A stretch of 64,000 nucleotides of DNA, taken from assembly GCA_965216755.1 (NCBI GenBank), contig CBDCGL010000011.1, positions 3,712,001 through 3,776,000 on the forward strand, given 5' to 3'. The first letter of the stretch is position 1. Every line of letters begins with the position of its first letter. This document shows positions 47,498-58,259 of this stretch, in pieces. The translations under genes and the position numbers were made by a program. The notes below the pieces were generated by a model. That model was not told the DNA's origin and made no database searches. It saw only the letters and a list, made by a program, of their open reading frames with translations. Source of the DNA: Alphaproteobacteria bacterium (lineage in GTDB: Bacteria; Pseudomonadota; Alphaproteobacteria; UBA7887).

Positions 47498-48220
47498 TTA
47501 CGCAGGCGCCGGTCGGGCGCGTTGATTATAAAGCAGCTTGCGCCGGCGCGCCTTTTCTTCGTCCGACAATGTCGCCGGGTCTTCGCCAAAGTCGCGGCCG
47601 ACCGCTAAGCCTTTCTGCACGGCCGGACGCGCCGACAGTTCTTCGAACCAACGCTTGAAATATTTGAACTCTTCGATGTCTTGGTCCTGGGCCTGCCAAG
47701 CGACGGTCCAGGGATAGCAAATCATGTCGGCGATCGTGTAGCTGTCACCGGCCACATAGGGCCGATCATAAAGCCGGATATTGAGCACGCCATAAAGCCG
47801 ATTGACCTCGTCGGTAAATCGGCGCAAGGCATAGGACTGATCGCCCTGTTCATCGCCCAATCGCTTGAAGTGGCCGCGTTCGCCGGTTTTCGGGCCTTGG
47901 TTGGCCATTTGCCACATCAGCCACTGATTGACTTCATAACGGCCACGCATGTCTTGGGGATAGAATTGCCCAGCCTTTTCGGCGATGTACATCATGATGG
48001 CGCCGGATTCGAATACGCTGATTGGGTCGCCGCCGCCGGGCGGATCGTGATCAACGATAGCCGGCATACGGTTGTTTGGACAAATTTTTAGAAAGTCGTC
48101 CGCGAATTGGTCGCCACGACCGATGTTGCACGGGATCACTCGATAGGGAAGGTTGCATTCTTCCAGCAATATGGTGACCTTCTTGCCGTTGGGGGTCGGC
48201 CAATAATGCAGATCGATCAT
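47498..48220 (-). CDS. Glutathione S-transferase family disulfide oxidoreductase (YfcG-like)
   Basis: MIDLHYWPTPNGKK, PNNRMPAIVD, FESGAI, WLMWQM, YTIADM..YPW. Confidence 0.9.
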   Translation of the reverse strand: MIDLHYWPTPNGKKVTILLEECNLPYRVIPCNIGRGDQFADDFLKICPNNRMPAIVDHDPPGGGDPISVFESGAIMMYIAEKAGQFYPQDMRGRYEVNQWLMWQMANQGPKTGERGHFKRLGDEQGDQSYALRRFTDEVNRLYGVLNIRLYDRPYVAGDSYTIADMICYPWTVAWQAQDQDIEEFKYFKRWFEELSARPAVQKGLAVGRDFGEDPATLSDEEKARRRKLLYNQRARPAPA

Positions 48221-48263
48221 TTGACGTCTCCGATGTGAAAGCGGCCGGCCCAGGGCCGCGACG

Positions 48264-49028
48264 TTAATCGCAGCGCAGCTCCACCGCACCAAACGGGTCA
48301 AAGACCGTGTGCACGTGATCGCCGCGCGCGAGCGCGTACTGTTTGGTAAAAGATCCAGACATGATGAGATCGCCGGCGCGCAGCGCGTGGTCATGGGCGT
48401 TGAGTGCACCGGCCAGCCAAACCACCGCGTTGATCGGGTTGCCCAACACTTCGGCGCCGGTGGCGCGTTCCTGCGCGACGCCATTGACCTCCACGCACAC
48501 GGTCGTTTCAGCCAGATCGACGTCGGCGTCCAGTAGCGAGAATTCGCCGACCACAAAATGACGTTGTTGGGCATTGCCGGCCATGGCGAGCGGAAAATCC
48601 TGTCCGAACACACCACGCTTTTCGACGATTTCCAACGCCGGTGCGACGCCGGCGATGGCCGCGCGGGCTTGGTCGAAATTGATCGCGGCGCCGTCGAGAT
48701 CGTGGCCAAGACGCAGGCACAATTCGTTCTCAAATCCCGGCGCGATCATTTCCTCGAAGTGAAGTTGGGCCGGTGACTCGCGCTGCCCCGATGCCAGCAG
48801 ATGACCGAAACACGGTTCATGAACGCCTTGTTGCGCCTGCATGGCTTGTGACGTGAGGCCAACTTTCCAGCCAACCGCACATTCGCCATCCGCTTCGCGC
48901 AAGGCCAGCAGCTCAAATTGCGCGCGGTAGGCGTTCGGCAAGTCGAGCTGGCCGTGCGCCGCGTCCGGAAACATGGCGCCGCGTCTGTAGGCGTCATGGA
49001 TAAGCTTGGCAATGTCCTGATGCCGCAT
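48264..49028 (-). CDS. 2-keto-4-pentenoate hydratase-like (FAA hydrolase family)
   Basis: AYRAQ, GWKVGLTS..MQ...GV.EP.FG.L, ENEL, PALEIV, VLGNP..AV.WLA, GD.IMSGS. Confidence 0.85.
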   Translation of the reverse strand: MRHQDIAKLIHDAYRRGAMFPDAAHGQLDLPNAYRAQFELLALREADGECAVGWKVGLTSQAMQAQQGVHEPCFGHLLASGQRESPAQLHFEEMIAPGFENELCLRLGHDLDGAAINFDQARAAIAGVAPALEIVEKRGVFGQDFPLAMAGNAQQRHFVVGEFSLLDADVDLAETTVCVEVNGVAQERATGAEVLGNPINAVVWLAGALNAHDHALRAGDLIMSGSFTKQYALARGDHVHTVFDPFGAVELRCD

Positions 49029-49146
49029 GCCGACCTTCCGTTTCTGACCAAGACGATGTCCGCATCATATCGAAACCGGCCACGCAAAGGGACGCGTTTG
49101 CCACGCACCTTGCCAGCGGAATGGTTCAATATGGTCGGCAAGTGCG

Positions 49147-50508
49147 TCAGATCGGCAGTTTTAGCGCCGCGCGCAAGCCACCCATGGGCGAGTCACCCAA
49201 TATCAGGTCACCACCATGATTGCGGACCACATCGCGGGCGATGCTTAGACCCAAGCCGATTCCGCCGGTTTCCACATTGCGCGAGGCGTCCAGGCGGTAA
49301 AATGGTTTGAACACCGACTCGCGTTGGTTGACGGGAATACCGGGCCCATCATCGTCCACTGAGATCGTCACGAAGCCATTTTGTTGCTCGGCGCCAACGC
49401 GCACATGTGTGCCATGGCGGGTGGCGTTCTCGACCAAGTTTGTCAATGCCCGCTTTACCGCATTGCGGCGTACAGTCACCGTGGCGCGGTCGCACCCCGC
49501 CACGTCGACAAGGGCGCCATTGCGGCGCGCGCCCACCACGACTTCGTCGACGACGTCGGCAATCTTTACCGCGACCGGCAATTCGGTGCCTTCGCCGCGC
49601 GCGAACGCCAGATAACCATCGACCATTTTCTGCATTTCAGCGGCATCGGCTTTCAGGTCGCGCACCGCGTCGCTGTCGGGCAACATGGCGAGTTGCAGCT
49701 TCATTCGCGTTAAGGGCGTGCGCAGGTCATGGCTGACACCGGCCAGCATTTCCGTGCGCTGCGAAATCTGTCGCTGAATCCGTTCGCGCATACGCAAGAA
49801 CGCGTTCGCGGCCTGACGCACTTCGCGCGCGCCGGATGGTTTGAAGTCGACCACCTGGATGCCCTTGCCAAAGCTTTCGGCGGCGTCGGCCAGGCGACGA
49901 ATCGGTTGGACTTGGCGGCTGAGAAAATAAATTGCGGTCGCCAACAAAATCACGGAAGTGCCGACCATCCACAATATGAAAACGTGAATTGTGGAGCTGA
50001 ACAATCGCTTGCGCGGCACCGACGCGAACAGCACGCCACCCGGTAGTTCGATCCATACCTTAACCAATGTGGGCTCGGACTGGGTATCGAAATAGAAGGG
50101 GTAGGGAATACGTTCCGGCAGCACGCGCAACAACGTTTTATCGACCGATCCAGACGGCGCGTGCGGCGGTGTCTCGGCCATCTGGTGGTTCGATTGGAAC
50201 ATCGCCGACAATTGTTGATTCTCACGCACTTGTTCGAGCAGCCAGTAGAACTCGGGTCCGGTACCGAACTCCTCTAGCGCTTCGATAACGACTGCCACGT
50301 CGCTGGCGAAACCCAGCGCCAGCCGCCGACCAACATCGGCCCAATGGCGATTGTAGAACACGTACGCCGATATGGCCTGCAATAGGATGATCGGTACCAT
50401 CACGATCAGGAGTGAGCGACCGAATAAAGAGGTTGGCAACAATCGGCGCTGCGGTGCGGCCGTGGGGCCGTCGGTCAGGCTGGTAGCGTGTGGCCGCTGG
50501 GCGGTCAT
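49147..50508 (-). CDS. EnvZ-like sensor histidine kinase
   Basis: Two TM helices, HAMP, H-box SHDLRTPL, N-box NLVENA, DDDGPGI, GLGLSI. Confidence 0.93.
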   Translation of the reverse strand: MTAQRPHATSLTDGPTAAPQRRLLPTSLFGRSLLIVMVPIILLQAISAYVFYNRHWADVGRRLALGFASDVAVVIEALEEFGTGPEFYWLLEQVRENQQLSAMFQSNHQMAETPPHAPSGSVDKTLLRVLPERIPYPFYFDTQSEPTLVKVWIELPGGVLFASVPRKRLFSSTIHVFILWMVGTSVILLATAIYFLSRQVQPIRRLADAAESFGKGIQVVDFKPSGAREVRQAANAFLRMRERIQRQISQRTEMLAGVSHDLRTPLTRMKLQLAMLPDSDAVRDLKADAAEMQKMVDGYLAFARGEGTELPVAVKIADVVDEVVVGARRNGALVDVAGCDRATVTVRRNAVKRALTNLVENATRHGTHVRVGAEQQNGFVTISVDDDGPGIPVNQRESVFKPFYRLDASRNVETGGIGLGLSIARDVVRNHGGDLILGDSPMGGLRAALKLPI

Positions 50509-51185
50509 GTCGTGCGCAGGGCGTAGCCGGCGCCGCGGACGGTGATCAAATAGCGGGGATCTTTCGGATCGCGCTCGATCTTCCGGCGCAAGCGGGTGAT
50601 TTGTACGTCGACCGCTCGTGCAGCGACTTGTGGCTGGGCGCCGAGCTGTTCGCGGCTGAGCACGGCCCCCGGTGCCCGGGTGAGCATGCTCAACAAAGTT
50701 GTTTCACTGGCGGTCAGGTTGACAGGCGCGCCGCCCTGGCGCAGTTCGCCACGTGCGCGGTCGAATTCAAATGCACCGAAGCGGACAATGTCGACGACCG
50801 GTGGACTGGCATGGCGCCGCATAATGTTATTCAGACGCAGCACCAGCTCGCGCGGCTCGAAAGGTTTGCCGAGATAGTCGTCGGCACCCTGTTCCAACCC
50901 GGCGACGCGATGCTCTGCCTCGTCCATCGCGGTCAACAGCAAGATCGGCACGGCGCCTGTTTCTTTGATCGCGGCGGTGAGTTGCAACCCATCCTCGCCC
51001 GGCATCATGACGTCCAGCACCAAAGCGTCGAAATGCAAATTGGCCAGTTTGGCGCGCGCGTCACCGGAGTTGGCGGCCGTGGTCACCAAAAATCCATGGT
51101 CGGCCAGAAATCGGCGCAACAGCTCGCGCAAGCGCTTGTCGTCGTCGACCACCAGCACATGCGGCGCCTCGCCTTCGTTGGTCAT
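50505..51185 (-). CDS. OmpR-family response regulator (PetR-like)
   Basis: LVVDDD, LDVMMPGEDG, GADDYLGKPF, winged helix RAVDVQITRLRRKIE, TVRGAGY. Confidence 0.93.
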   Translation of the reverse strand: MTNEGEAPHVLVVDDDKRLRELLRRFLADHGFLVTTAANSGDARAKLANLHFDALVLDVMMPGEDGLQLTAAIKETGAVPILLLTAMDEAEHRVAGLEQGADDYLGKPFEPRELVLRLNNIMRRHASPPVVDIVRFGAFEFDRARGELRQGGAPVNLTASETTLLSMLTRAPGAVLSREQLGAQPQVAARAVDVQITRLRRKIERDPKDPRYLITVRGAGYALRTT

Positions 51186-51308
51186 GTCCACGGTTCGGAC
51201 CATAACCAACAGTATATCGTGGGTGACCATGAACTGGCCAAGCGCCGGCGCGCAAATGACCCGGATGCTCGGGCGGATGCGTGTGCCGCGCCCGAAGCCG
51301 TCATGAAA

Positions 51309-51782
51309 TTAAAGGCGACGTCGGTCGCTGTCCTCCATTAGGCTCAGCATGACGGCACGAAAGCCGTTGACCGCATCGCCACCGGCGGCGCCGTAGGCGC
51401 GGGCGATTCGCGTTCGCTGCGCGGCCGAAAGGCGTCGTTCCAAAGCGCGCCCCTTTTCCGTTAGGTGCAGTAGGCGTTGTCGGCGGTCGCGCGTGCCCTT
51501 TTCTTGGGCGACATATTCCTGTTCGACAAGTTGTCCCAACACGCGGCTCAGGCTTTGCTTGGTGATCTTCAATATGTCCAGCAGTGCCGCCACTGAAATG
51601 CCCGGATTGCGGCCGACAAAGTAGATGACTCGGTGGTGGGCCCGGCCGAGTCCGAGAGGTGCCAGCATGGCATCGCATTCGCCGGTGAAGTCGCGATAAG
51701 CGAAATACAGCATCTCAATACCCTGATTGAGTTCCTCTTCGCGGAGGAACAAAGGGCTGATTCCCGATTTTATGTCAGTCAT
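51309..51782 (-). CDS. MarR-family regulator (PetP-like)
   Basis: LFLREEEL..GIE.LYFAYRDFT, GRAHHR, LKITKQSL.RVL, DRRQRLL.LT.KG. Confidence 0.9.
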   Translation of the reverse strand: MTDIKSGISPLFLREEELNQGIEMLYFAYRDFTGECDAMLAPLGLGRAHHRVIYFVGRNPGISVAALLDILKITKQSLSRVLGQLVEQEYVAQEKGTRDRRQRLLHLTEKGRALERRLSAAQRTRIARAYGAAGGDAVNGFRAVMLSLMEDSDRRRL

Positions 51783-51812
51783 GTTGACATATATGAACGC
51801 CGATGCTAGTCA
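51771..51812. promoter_or_regulatory. Palindromic operator over the MarR start codon and the -35 box of the divergent ilvE promoter
   Basis: TATGTCAG-TCATG-TTGACATA (51771-51791). TTGACA at 51784 with a GCTAGTC -10-like element at canonical distance. Confidence 0.6.
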
Positions 51813-51871
51813 ACGCAACCTTTCTCTTGCACAATTGGGTGTCGAGTTTCCGCGAGAAGATCGGACTGATC

Positions 51872-52777
51872 ATGCTTTCTTACGAAGATAGGGACGGGTT
51901 CATTTGGATGGATGGCGCTTTGGTGCCATGGCGCCAGGCCAGCCTTCACGTTTGTTCGCACGGTTTGCATTATGCGAGCTGTGTGTTCGAGGGTGAGCGC
52001 GTCTATGGCGGCACAATTTTCAAGTTGCAGGAACATACCGAGCGCTTGTTTGAATCGGCCCGCGGATTGGGTTTTGAGATTCCATACTCAGTCGATGCGA
52101 TCAATGCGGCCAATTACGAGGTCTTGGAAGCCAACGGTATTGGCGACGGCTATGTGCGCCCTGTGGCGTGGCGCGGTAGCGAGATGATGGGAGTCTCGGC
52201 ACAAAAAAACACCATCCATGTTGCGATTGCCGCATGGGAATGGCCGTCCTATTTTTCGCCGGAAGCGCGGTTGAAGGGCATCAAGCTGCAGTGGTCAGAG
52301 TGGAAACGGCCGTCGCCGGAAACGATTCCAGCCAAGACCAAGGCCGCCGGGCTGTACATGATCTGCACATTGAGCAAGCACCAGGCCGAGGCGGAAGGCT
52401 TCGATGACGCACTCATGGTTGACTGGCGCGGGCGTCTGGCCGAAGCCACCGGCGCCAATATTTTTTTGGTGATCGACGGTGCCTTACACACACCGACGCC
52501 GGATTGTTTTCTAGACGGGATAACCCGGCGGGCGGTGATTGAATTGGCGCGCGCCCGCAACGTCGACGTGATCGAACGCACGATCATGCCCGACGAATTG
52601 GCTAAGGCGGACGAGGTGTTTTTGACCGGCACCGCCGCAGAAGTGACACCGGTCGGCCAAATTGGAGATCTGCATTTCCAGGTCGGTTCGATCACCCGGC
52701 AATTGATGGACGATTTTACGGCTCTCACCAACAATGTCGGCGAACATCGCCCGGCGCGTGTCGGTGCGGCAGAATGA
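51872..52777 (+). CDS. ilvE: Branched-chain amino acid aminotransferase
   Basis: HGLHYASCVFEG, YVRPVAWRG, KAAGLY, EATGANIF, LDGITR, EVFLTGTAAEVTPV. Confidence 0.95.
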   Translation: MLSYEDRDGFIWMDGALVPWRQASLHVCSHGLHYASCVFEGERVYGGTIFKLQEHTERLFESARGLGFEIPYSVDAINAANYEVLEANGIGDGYVRPVAWRGSEMMGVSAQKNTIHVAIAAWEWPSYFSPEARLKGIKLQWSEWKRPSPETIPAKTKAAGLYMICTLSKHQAEAEGFDDALMVDWRGRLAEATGANIFLVIDGALHTPTPDCFLDGITRRAVIELARARNVDVIERTIMPDELAKADEVFLTGTAAEVTPVGQIGDLHFQVGSITRQLMDDFTALTNNVGEHRPARVGAAE

Positions 52778-52796
52778 GCTTTAATATCGCTTGAGA

Positions 52797-53276
52797 TTAT
52801 TCCGCCGCGTCGGCCATGCGTCGGTCGTCGGTGCCCCATTTGGCGGCGGCTTCGTCGTCGCTTTCGCGGGCGTCAACCCAACGTTTTCCCGTCGCCGTAT
52901 CCTCACATTTCCAGAACGGCGCTTTGGTTTTGAGCCAGTCGATCAGAAATTGACACGATTCGAGTGCCGCCTGGCGGTGGGCCGATGCCGTGACCACCAG
53001 CACGATTCGCGCGCCCGGCTCAAGCCGGCCGTAACGATGGATAATCAGCACATCGTCCAACGGCCAACGCGCGCGGGCATCGGCTTCCAATGCGGCAAGC
53101 TGTTTTTCGGTCATGCCTGGATAGTGTTCCAGGGTCATCGCACCGATTTTGTCGTCGCCGGCCATGTCGCGTACCAAACCGACAAAACTGGCAACACCGC
53201 CAATGTCATGGCGACCGCGGCTGAGCGCTTCAATCTCGGCGCCGATGTCAAAATCTTCAGTCTGGACGCGGATCAT
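52797..53276 (-). CDS. moaE: Molybdopterin synthase catalytic subunit
   Basis: FVGLVR, LEHYPGMTE, HRYGRL, SAHR, LKTKAPFWK.E. Confidence 0.95.
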   Translation of the reverse strand: MIRVQTEDFDIGAEIEALSRGRHDIGGVASFVGLVRDMAGDDKIGAMTLEHYPGMTEKQLAALEADARARWPLDDVLIIHRYGRLEPGARIVLVVTASAHRQAALESCQFLIDWLKTKAPFWKCEDTATGKRWVDARESDDEAAAKWGTDDRRMADAAE

Positions 53277-53280
53277 GGCT

Positions 53281-53535
53281 CTAACCTCCGGTCACCGGCG
53301 GAAACAGCGCGACCTCGTCATCGGCAGCGATCGGATGGTCGTCCCTGACATATTCCTCGTTCACGGCGACACGCACGACGGACAGGTCGGCCAACGCGGC
53401 CGCGTATCCATCACCACGGGTCTGCAGCCAGCCAAGCAAGTCGCCGACGGTGGCCACGCCATCAGGCAATGTGACCGTTTCTTCGGCGAGGCCCGCTTTC
53501 TCGCGGATCCATGCAAAATACAACAACTTCATCAC
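53281..53535 (-). CDS. moaD: Molybdopterin synthase sulfur carrier
   Basis: LYFAWIRE, AVN, DEVALFPPVTGG C-terminus. Confidence 0.95.
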   Translation of the reverse strand: MMKLLYFAWIREKAGLAEETVTLPDGVATVGDLLGWLQTRGDGYAAALADLSVVRVAVNEEYVRDDHPIAADDEVALFPPVTGG

Positions 53536-54821
53536 GCAACTTCACCAAACGGCAGGAAATCAACGACGCTGCCGGCCGCAACATACGACAAATCCTCCGC
53601 CAATTCGACAAAACCGTCTGCGGCTGACACCGAGGTCAAGATCGCGGCGCCTTGGCCACCCGCCCGCTCGGCCAGCGGCAAATGATCGCGCCTGCCGGTC
53701 AAGCGGCAACGGACAAATTCACGGCGCCCCAACTTTTTCTTGTGGTCAAAGCCCAACAACACTGGAAACAGCAGTGGCCGCACATTTTCGCAGCCGGCTA
53801 GCCGCAAGATGAGTGGACGGACAAAGCGCAGGAACGTCACCATCACCGCGACAGGATTGCCGGGCAGGCCGACAAACGGGACGAAATCCGCGCTTTGCGG
53901 CGTGCGGCGCAGTTCGCCCAGCGCCAATGGCCGGCCCGGCTTGATCGCCAGTCGCCAAAATGTGAGACGACCGAGCGCTTCGAGCGCGGTCTTGACATGA
54001 TCTTCCTCGCCGACCGATGCGCCGCCAGAGGTGATCAACGCGTCGTGATCCGGCGCGGCGTCCGCCAGCGCATCGCGGACGGCCACCAAGTCATCGGCGA
54101 TGATACCCAAATCATCGACCTCGCAGCCCAGGCGTGTCAGCAGCGACGTCAGCACATAGCGGTTGGAATCGTAAATAGTGCCGGCTTCCAGCGTGGCGCC
54201 GGGCTCACGGACCTCATCTCCGGTCGAAAAAACCGCGACACGTAGGCGTCGATATACGACGAGAGAAGCCCGGCCAAGTGCGGCGGCAAGACCCAGATCC
54301 TCTGGTCGCAAGCGACGCCCGCGGCGAAGGACGGTGCCGCCGGCGGTGACATCTTCACCAGCCCGCCGGCGATTGGCGTGGCGCGCAATGCCCGGCGGTA
54401 GGCGCACCTGGTCGCCGCGCATCTCGCAGTCCTCTTGCATGAAGATCGTGTCGGGACCGGCGTCGCGCGTGCCGCGCGGCATGGCGGCCCCGGTAAACAC
54501 GCGCAATGCTTCCCCACGCCGCGCCGGGCGGTTCAGCGCGTGGCCTGCGGTGACGCGGCCGGTGACGGGCAACAGGGTCGTCGCGCCTGGCGCTAGGTCG
54601 TCATAATAGACCGCGTAACCATCGACGGCCGAGTTGTCGAATGGCGGCACGTCCAGGGTGGCCACCAGATCTTCCCCGAGAATGCGTCCGACGGTGTCGC
54701 CCAGCGGCACGGATTCGATCGCGGCCACCGGTGCAATGCGCTGCTCCAGCAGGGTCAGCGCGTCGTCCAGCGGCATCAATGCATCGCCATGCCGAAAGCA
54801 ATCGTCGCTGAGCTGTGTCAT
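53532..54821 (-). CDS. moeA: Molybdopterin molybdotransferase
   Basis: PPFDNSAVDGYA, FTGAAMP, STGDE, YDSN, TSGGASVG.ED, KPGRP, GLPGNP. Confidence 0.95.
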   Translation of the reverse strand: MTQLSDDCFRHGDALMPLDDALTLLEQRIAPVAAIESVPLGDTVGRILGEDLVATLDVPPFDNSAVDGYAVYYDDLAPGATTLLPVTGRVTAGHALNRPARRGEALRVFTGAAMPRGTRDAGPDTIFMQEDCEMRGDQVRLPPGIARHANRRRAGEDVTAGGTVLRRGRRLRPEDLGLAAALGRASLVVYRRLRVAVFSTGDEVREPGATLEAGTIYDSNRYVLTSLLTRLGCEVDDLGIIADDLVAVRDALADAAPDHDALITSGGASVGEEDHVKTALEALGRLTFWRLAIKPGRPLALGELRRTPQSADFVPFVGLPGNPVAVMVTFLRFVRPLILRLAGCENVRPLLFPVLLGFDHKKKLGRREFVRCRLTGRRDHLPLAERAGGQGAAILTSVSAADGFVELAEDLSYVAAGSVVDFLPFGEVA

Positions 54822-55333
54822 GGATTCCCGGCCGGCGGCGTGCACAGGCCGACGACGAAATCGGCAATGGCGTCAATATCGTCAAGATTTAACACCGTTC
54901 GCGCGCCCGGATCCTTCGGCAATGGTGCATCGGTCGCGACGGCGATAACACTGTCATTGTCCGGATAGAGCAGTGGATTGTCGCTGCCGGTACGACAGAC
55001 TTCGATCTTTTCATGAGCTTCCGAGCGATACCCCTCGACCAGAACCAAATCGACCGGACTCAGCCGTGCGATCAATTGGTCCAAATCCGGTTCGCAGGCG
55101 CCGCGCAGTTCGCCCATATGCGCCCAACGGGTCGCTGAGCTGATCAAGACTTCATTCGCGCCGGCGTTTCGATGGTGAAACGAATCTTTTCCCGGCTGGT
55201 CAATGTCGAAGCCGTGATGTGCATGTTTGATGGTCGAAACCGTCAGGCCGCGCGCCACGAGCACGGGCAGTAGCCGCGTAATGAGGGTAGTCTTGCCGCT
55301 GCCACTCCACCCGGATATGCCAAGAACGCGCAT
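54818..55333 (-). CDS. mobB: Molybdopterin-guanine dinucleotide biosynthesis protein B
   Basis: GWSGSGKTTL, IKHAHH.FDIDQPGKDS, DLVLVEG. Confidence 0.95.
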   Translation of the reverse strand: MRVLGISGWSGSGKTTLITRLLPVLVARGLTVSTIKHAHHGFDIDQPGKDSFHHRNAGANEVLISSATRWAHMGELRGACEPDLDQLIARLSPVDLVLVEGYRSEAHEKIEVCRTGSDNPLLYPDNDSVIAVATDAPLPKDPGARTVLNLDDIDAIADFVVGLCTPPAGNP

Positions 55334-55350
55334 CGAGGGCCCAGGTCGAT

Positions 55351-55971
55351 CTAGCGAACCTCGCCGACACCGCCGGAGGCACCGGTTGGTGACTTGGCGC
55401 CAGGCGTGGTCGGTTCAGCAAGCATGTGGCGCAAGCCGACGCGCAAATAACTGTAACCGGTTACCAGTGTCAGCACGGCGGCGATCCATAGCAAAATCGT
55501 ACCGATAAACAGCGGGTCGGAACTGGGTGGAATCAACACCGGCCCAGCATCGCCGACCAGCAGAAAGCATAGCGCGACGATTTGCACGCCGGTTTTCCAT
55601 TTGGCGAGCCGGCTGACCGGCACGCTGACATTCAATTCGGCCAAGAATTCGCGTAAGCCGGAGACCAGGATTTCGCGGCAGAGAATGACCAAGCAGGGCA
55701 GGATCGGCGCGTGTTCCGCCCAAACCAGCATGACAATCGCGGCACTCACCAGCAGCTTGTCGGCGATCGGGTCCAAGAAACGGCCAAGCGCCGACGTCAT
55801 TTGCCAGCGACGCGCCAAATAGCCGTCGAAATAGTCGGTAATGCCCGCGAGCAAGAACAGCCCGAACGCGCACCAGTTGGCGCCCGGATAGGGCAAATAG
55901 AAAGCGGCAACGAATAGTGGAATGACCACAATCCGCGACAGCGTCAGTAAATTGGGCAGCGACGTCAGCAT
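55351..55971 (-). CDS. pgsA: CDP-diacylglycerol--glycerol-3-phosphate 3-phosphatidyltransferase
   Basis: LPNLLTLSRI, TDYFDGYLAR, GRFLDPIADK, REILVSGLRE, AKWKT. Confidence 0.95.
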   Translation of the reverse strand: MLTSLPNLLTLSRIVVIPLFVAAFYLPYPGANWCAFGLFLLAGITDYFDGYLARRWQMTSALGRFLDPIADKLLVSAAIVMLVWAEHAPILPCLVILCREILVSGLREFLAELNVSVPVSRLAKWKTGVQIVALCFLLVGDAGPVLIPPSSDPLFIGTILLWIAAVLTLVTGYSYLRVGLRHMLAEPTTPGAKSPTGASGGVGEVR

Positions 55972-56121
55972 CTCGCACCGTCCTTGTGCGTGTGGGCACC
56001 ATAGCAAGCTTGTCTTGGTGTGGCCATTCTCGGTCCGGTACGTGGTTGGCACGAGCCGGTTTCGGCCGGGGCGCCGGCGCAAATGGCGTCCACCGCGCCC
56101 ACCGCGCCAAGTCGGGCGCGC

Positions 56122-58044
56122 TTAGCCGTCGCCATGAAAGTGATCATAGATGCGCTTTGCGACAGTTCTGCTGATACCATCGACCGTTTCCAGGTCGGCC
56201 AGCGCGGCATCGGCGACCGCGCGCGCCGAGCCAAAGCGATGCAACAGCGCGCGCTTGCGTTTTGATCCGATTCCCTCGATCGAATCGATTTCTGACCGGC
56301 CCAACGATTTCGATCGACGCGCACGATGGCTAGAGATGGCGAAACGATGCGCCTCGTCGCGCAGGCGCTGCAGAAAATACAGCACCGGATTGTCGGGTTG
56401 CAGCATGAACGGTGCCCGACCCGGCACATGAAAGCGTTCGCGGCCGGCGTCACGGTCGGGCCCTTTGGCGATCGCCGCCACCGGAACATCGGCGACGCCG
56501 AGGTCGGCGAAAACCTGCTGCACGCTAGACAGCTGTCCGGCGCCCCCGTCGATCAGAACCAAGTCCGGCCATTGGCCTTTGTCGCGATCGGGATCTTCGC
56601 GACGCAGGCGCGCGAAACGGCGGCCAAGGACCTCGCGCATCATGGCGTAGTCGTCGCCGGGCGCGGCCAACGCGGCGCCATCGCTGGCCCCGGCGGTGCG
56701 TATATTGAATTTCCGGTAGGCGTTTTTTTGCAGCCCGTCGGCGCCGGCGACGATCATCGCGCCCACGGCTTGGTGACCTGAAATGTGACTGTTGTCATAG
56801 ACTTCGATCCGTCGGGGTGTGCTGTCGAGCCCAAGCACCTCGGCGACACCGTCCAGCAGTCTACGCTGCGCCGCACTTTCCGACAGACGCCGCGCCAAGG
56901 CTTCACGGGCGTTGTCGCGCGCGTAGGCGACCAATTTCTGCTTGTCGCCGCGCAAAGGCGCCGTCACCGTGACCCGCCGTCCCGCGCGCACACCCAGGGC
57001 CTGGGCAATCAACTCCTCTGCATCGATCGCGTGGCTCAACAAAACGAGTTTCGGTGGGGTGCGATTCTCGTAATATTGGGCGATGAACGCGGCGACGACG
57101 GCCTCGACAGGCTCGCTACGGTGGTGGCTGGGAAAGTATGCGCGATTGCCGTAGTGACTGCCGCCGCGATAGAAAAACACCTGTATGCAGGTGTGGCCGC
57201 CCTCTTGATGGGCCGCGATCACATCGGCTTCGTCGATGCTGCGCACATTGATGTCTTGCTGCGACTGGATATGGGCCAGCGCACGGAGACGGTCGCGCAA
57301 CACCGCCGCCGATTCGAACTCCAAGCGGTCGCTGGCCGTCTGCATTTGCCCCGACAGCCGACCTTGCACGTCTTGGCTCTTGCCCGACAGGAAATCCCGT
57401 GCCTGGCCGACCAGTTCGGCATAATCGACGCGGCCGATAAGGCCGACGCACGGCGCCGTGCAACGTTTGATCTGGTATTGGAGACACGGCCGTGAACGAG
57501 TCGCGAAAACCGAATCCGAACAAGATCGGATCGGAAACGCACGTTGCAACGCGTTCAAGGTCCGATTGACGGCACCGGCGGATGCAAATGGGCCGAAATA
57601 CTCGCCTTTGCGGTCGCGGGCGCCACGATGCTTGACCAGCTGCGGCCAGTCGTGATCGCCGGTCAGTAGAATGTAAGGGTGCGATTTATCGTCGCGCAGA
57701 ACGATATTGTAGCGCGGTTTAAGGCGCTTGATCAGATTGGCTTCCAGCAGCAGCGCTTCGGCTTCGGTATGCGTGGTGACGATCTCAAGCGCTGTCGTCT
57801 CGCTGATCATGCGCGCGATGCGTTGGCCATGGCGAACCAAATTGGCGTAACTGGTGACGCGCTTTTTGAGATTGCGTGCCTTGCCGACATACAACGGCTG
57901 ACCGTCGGCGCCGATCATGCGATAGACTCCGGGGACCGCCGGCATGGTTTTCAGGCTGGCCTGAATTACGGCGACGCCGCGCAACTGGGCCGCTTCGCCT
58001 TGTGGCGATGACGGGTGGTCTTGGTCGGTGTCGGTGCCGATCAT
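56122..58044 (-). CDS. uvrC: Excinuclease ABC subunit C
   Basis: GIY-YIG PGVYRM...[49 protein letters not shown], HhH motifs. Confidence 0.97.
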   Translation of the reverse strand: MIGTDTDQDHPSSPQGEAAQLRGVAVIQASLKTMPAVPGVYRMIGADGQPLYVGKARNLKKRVTSYANLVRHGQRIARMISETTALEIVTTHTEAEALLLEANLIKRLKPRYNIVLRDDKSHPYILLTGDHDWPQLVKHRGARDRKGEYFGPFASAGAVNRTLNALQRAFPIRSCSDSVFATRSRPCLQYQIKRCTAPCVGLIGRVDYAELVGQARDFLSGKSQDVQGRLSGQMQTASDRLEFESAAVLRDRLRALAHIQSQQDINVRSIDEADVIAAHQEGGHTCIQVFFYRGGSHYGNRAYFPSHHRSEPVEAVVAAFIAQYYENRTPPKLVLLSHAIDAEELIAQALGVRAGRRVTVTAPLRGDKQKLVAYARDNAREALARRLSESAAQRRLLDGVAEVLGLDSTPRRIEVYDNSHISGHQAVGAMIVAGADGLQKNAYRKFNIRTAGASDGAALAAPGDDYAMMREVLGRRFARLRREDPDRDKGQWPDLVLIDGGAGQLSSVQQVFADLGVADVPVAAIAKGPDRDAGRERFHVPGRAPFMLQPDNPVLYFLQRLRDEAHRFAISSHRARRSKSLGRSEIDSIEGIGSKRKRALLHRFGSARAVADAALADLETVDGISRTVAKRIYDHFHGDG

Positions 58045-58151
58045 GGCACGAATATCGTGGTGGGATCGGTCGCGGTCAACGCGCAGACGCATGACGCCTG
58101 ATCGTAATTGTCGTCCCGCCGAATCAAACGGTCATGCGACTTGAATTGGCC

Positions 58152-58259
58152 TGTGGAAAATTCTGTGTAAAACCGTCGTCCGACATAAGGTATCGGTCTG
58201 TGTTTCAAGGATTTGTTGGCAAATCCATGAAATATCCAAGAAATTATAAGTTATTGATT
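58152..58259. promoter_or_regulatory. Tandem DnaA-box-like 9-mers plus IHF consensus site in an AT-rich intergenic region
   Basis: TGTGGAAAA (58152-58160) and TGTGTAAAA (58164-58172). Reverse complement of 58247-58259 is AATCAATAACTTA, matching WATCAANNNNTTR. Confidence 0.5.
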
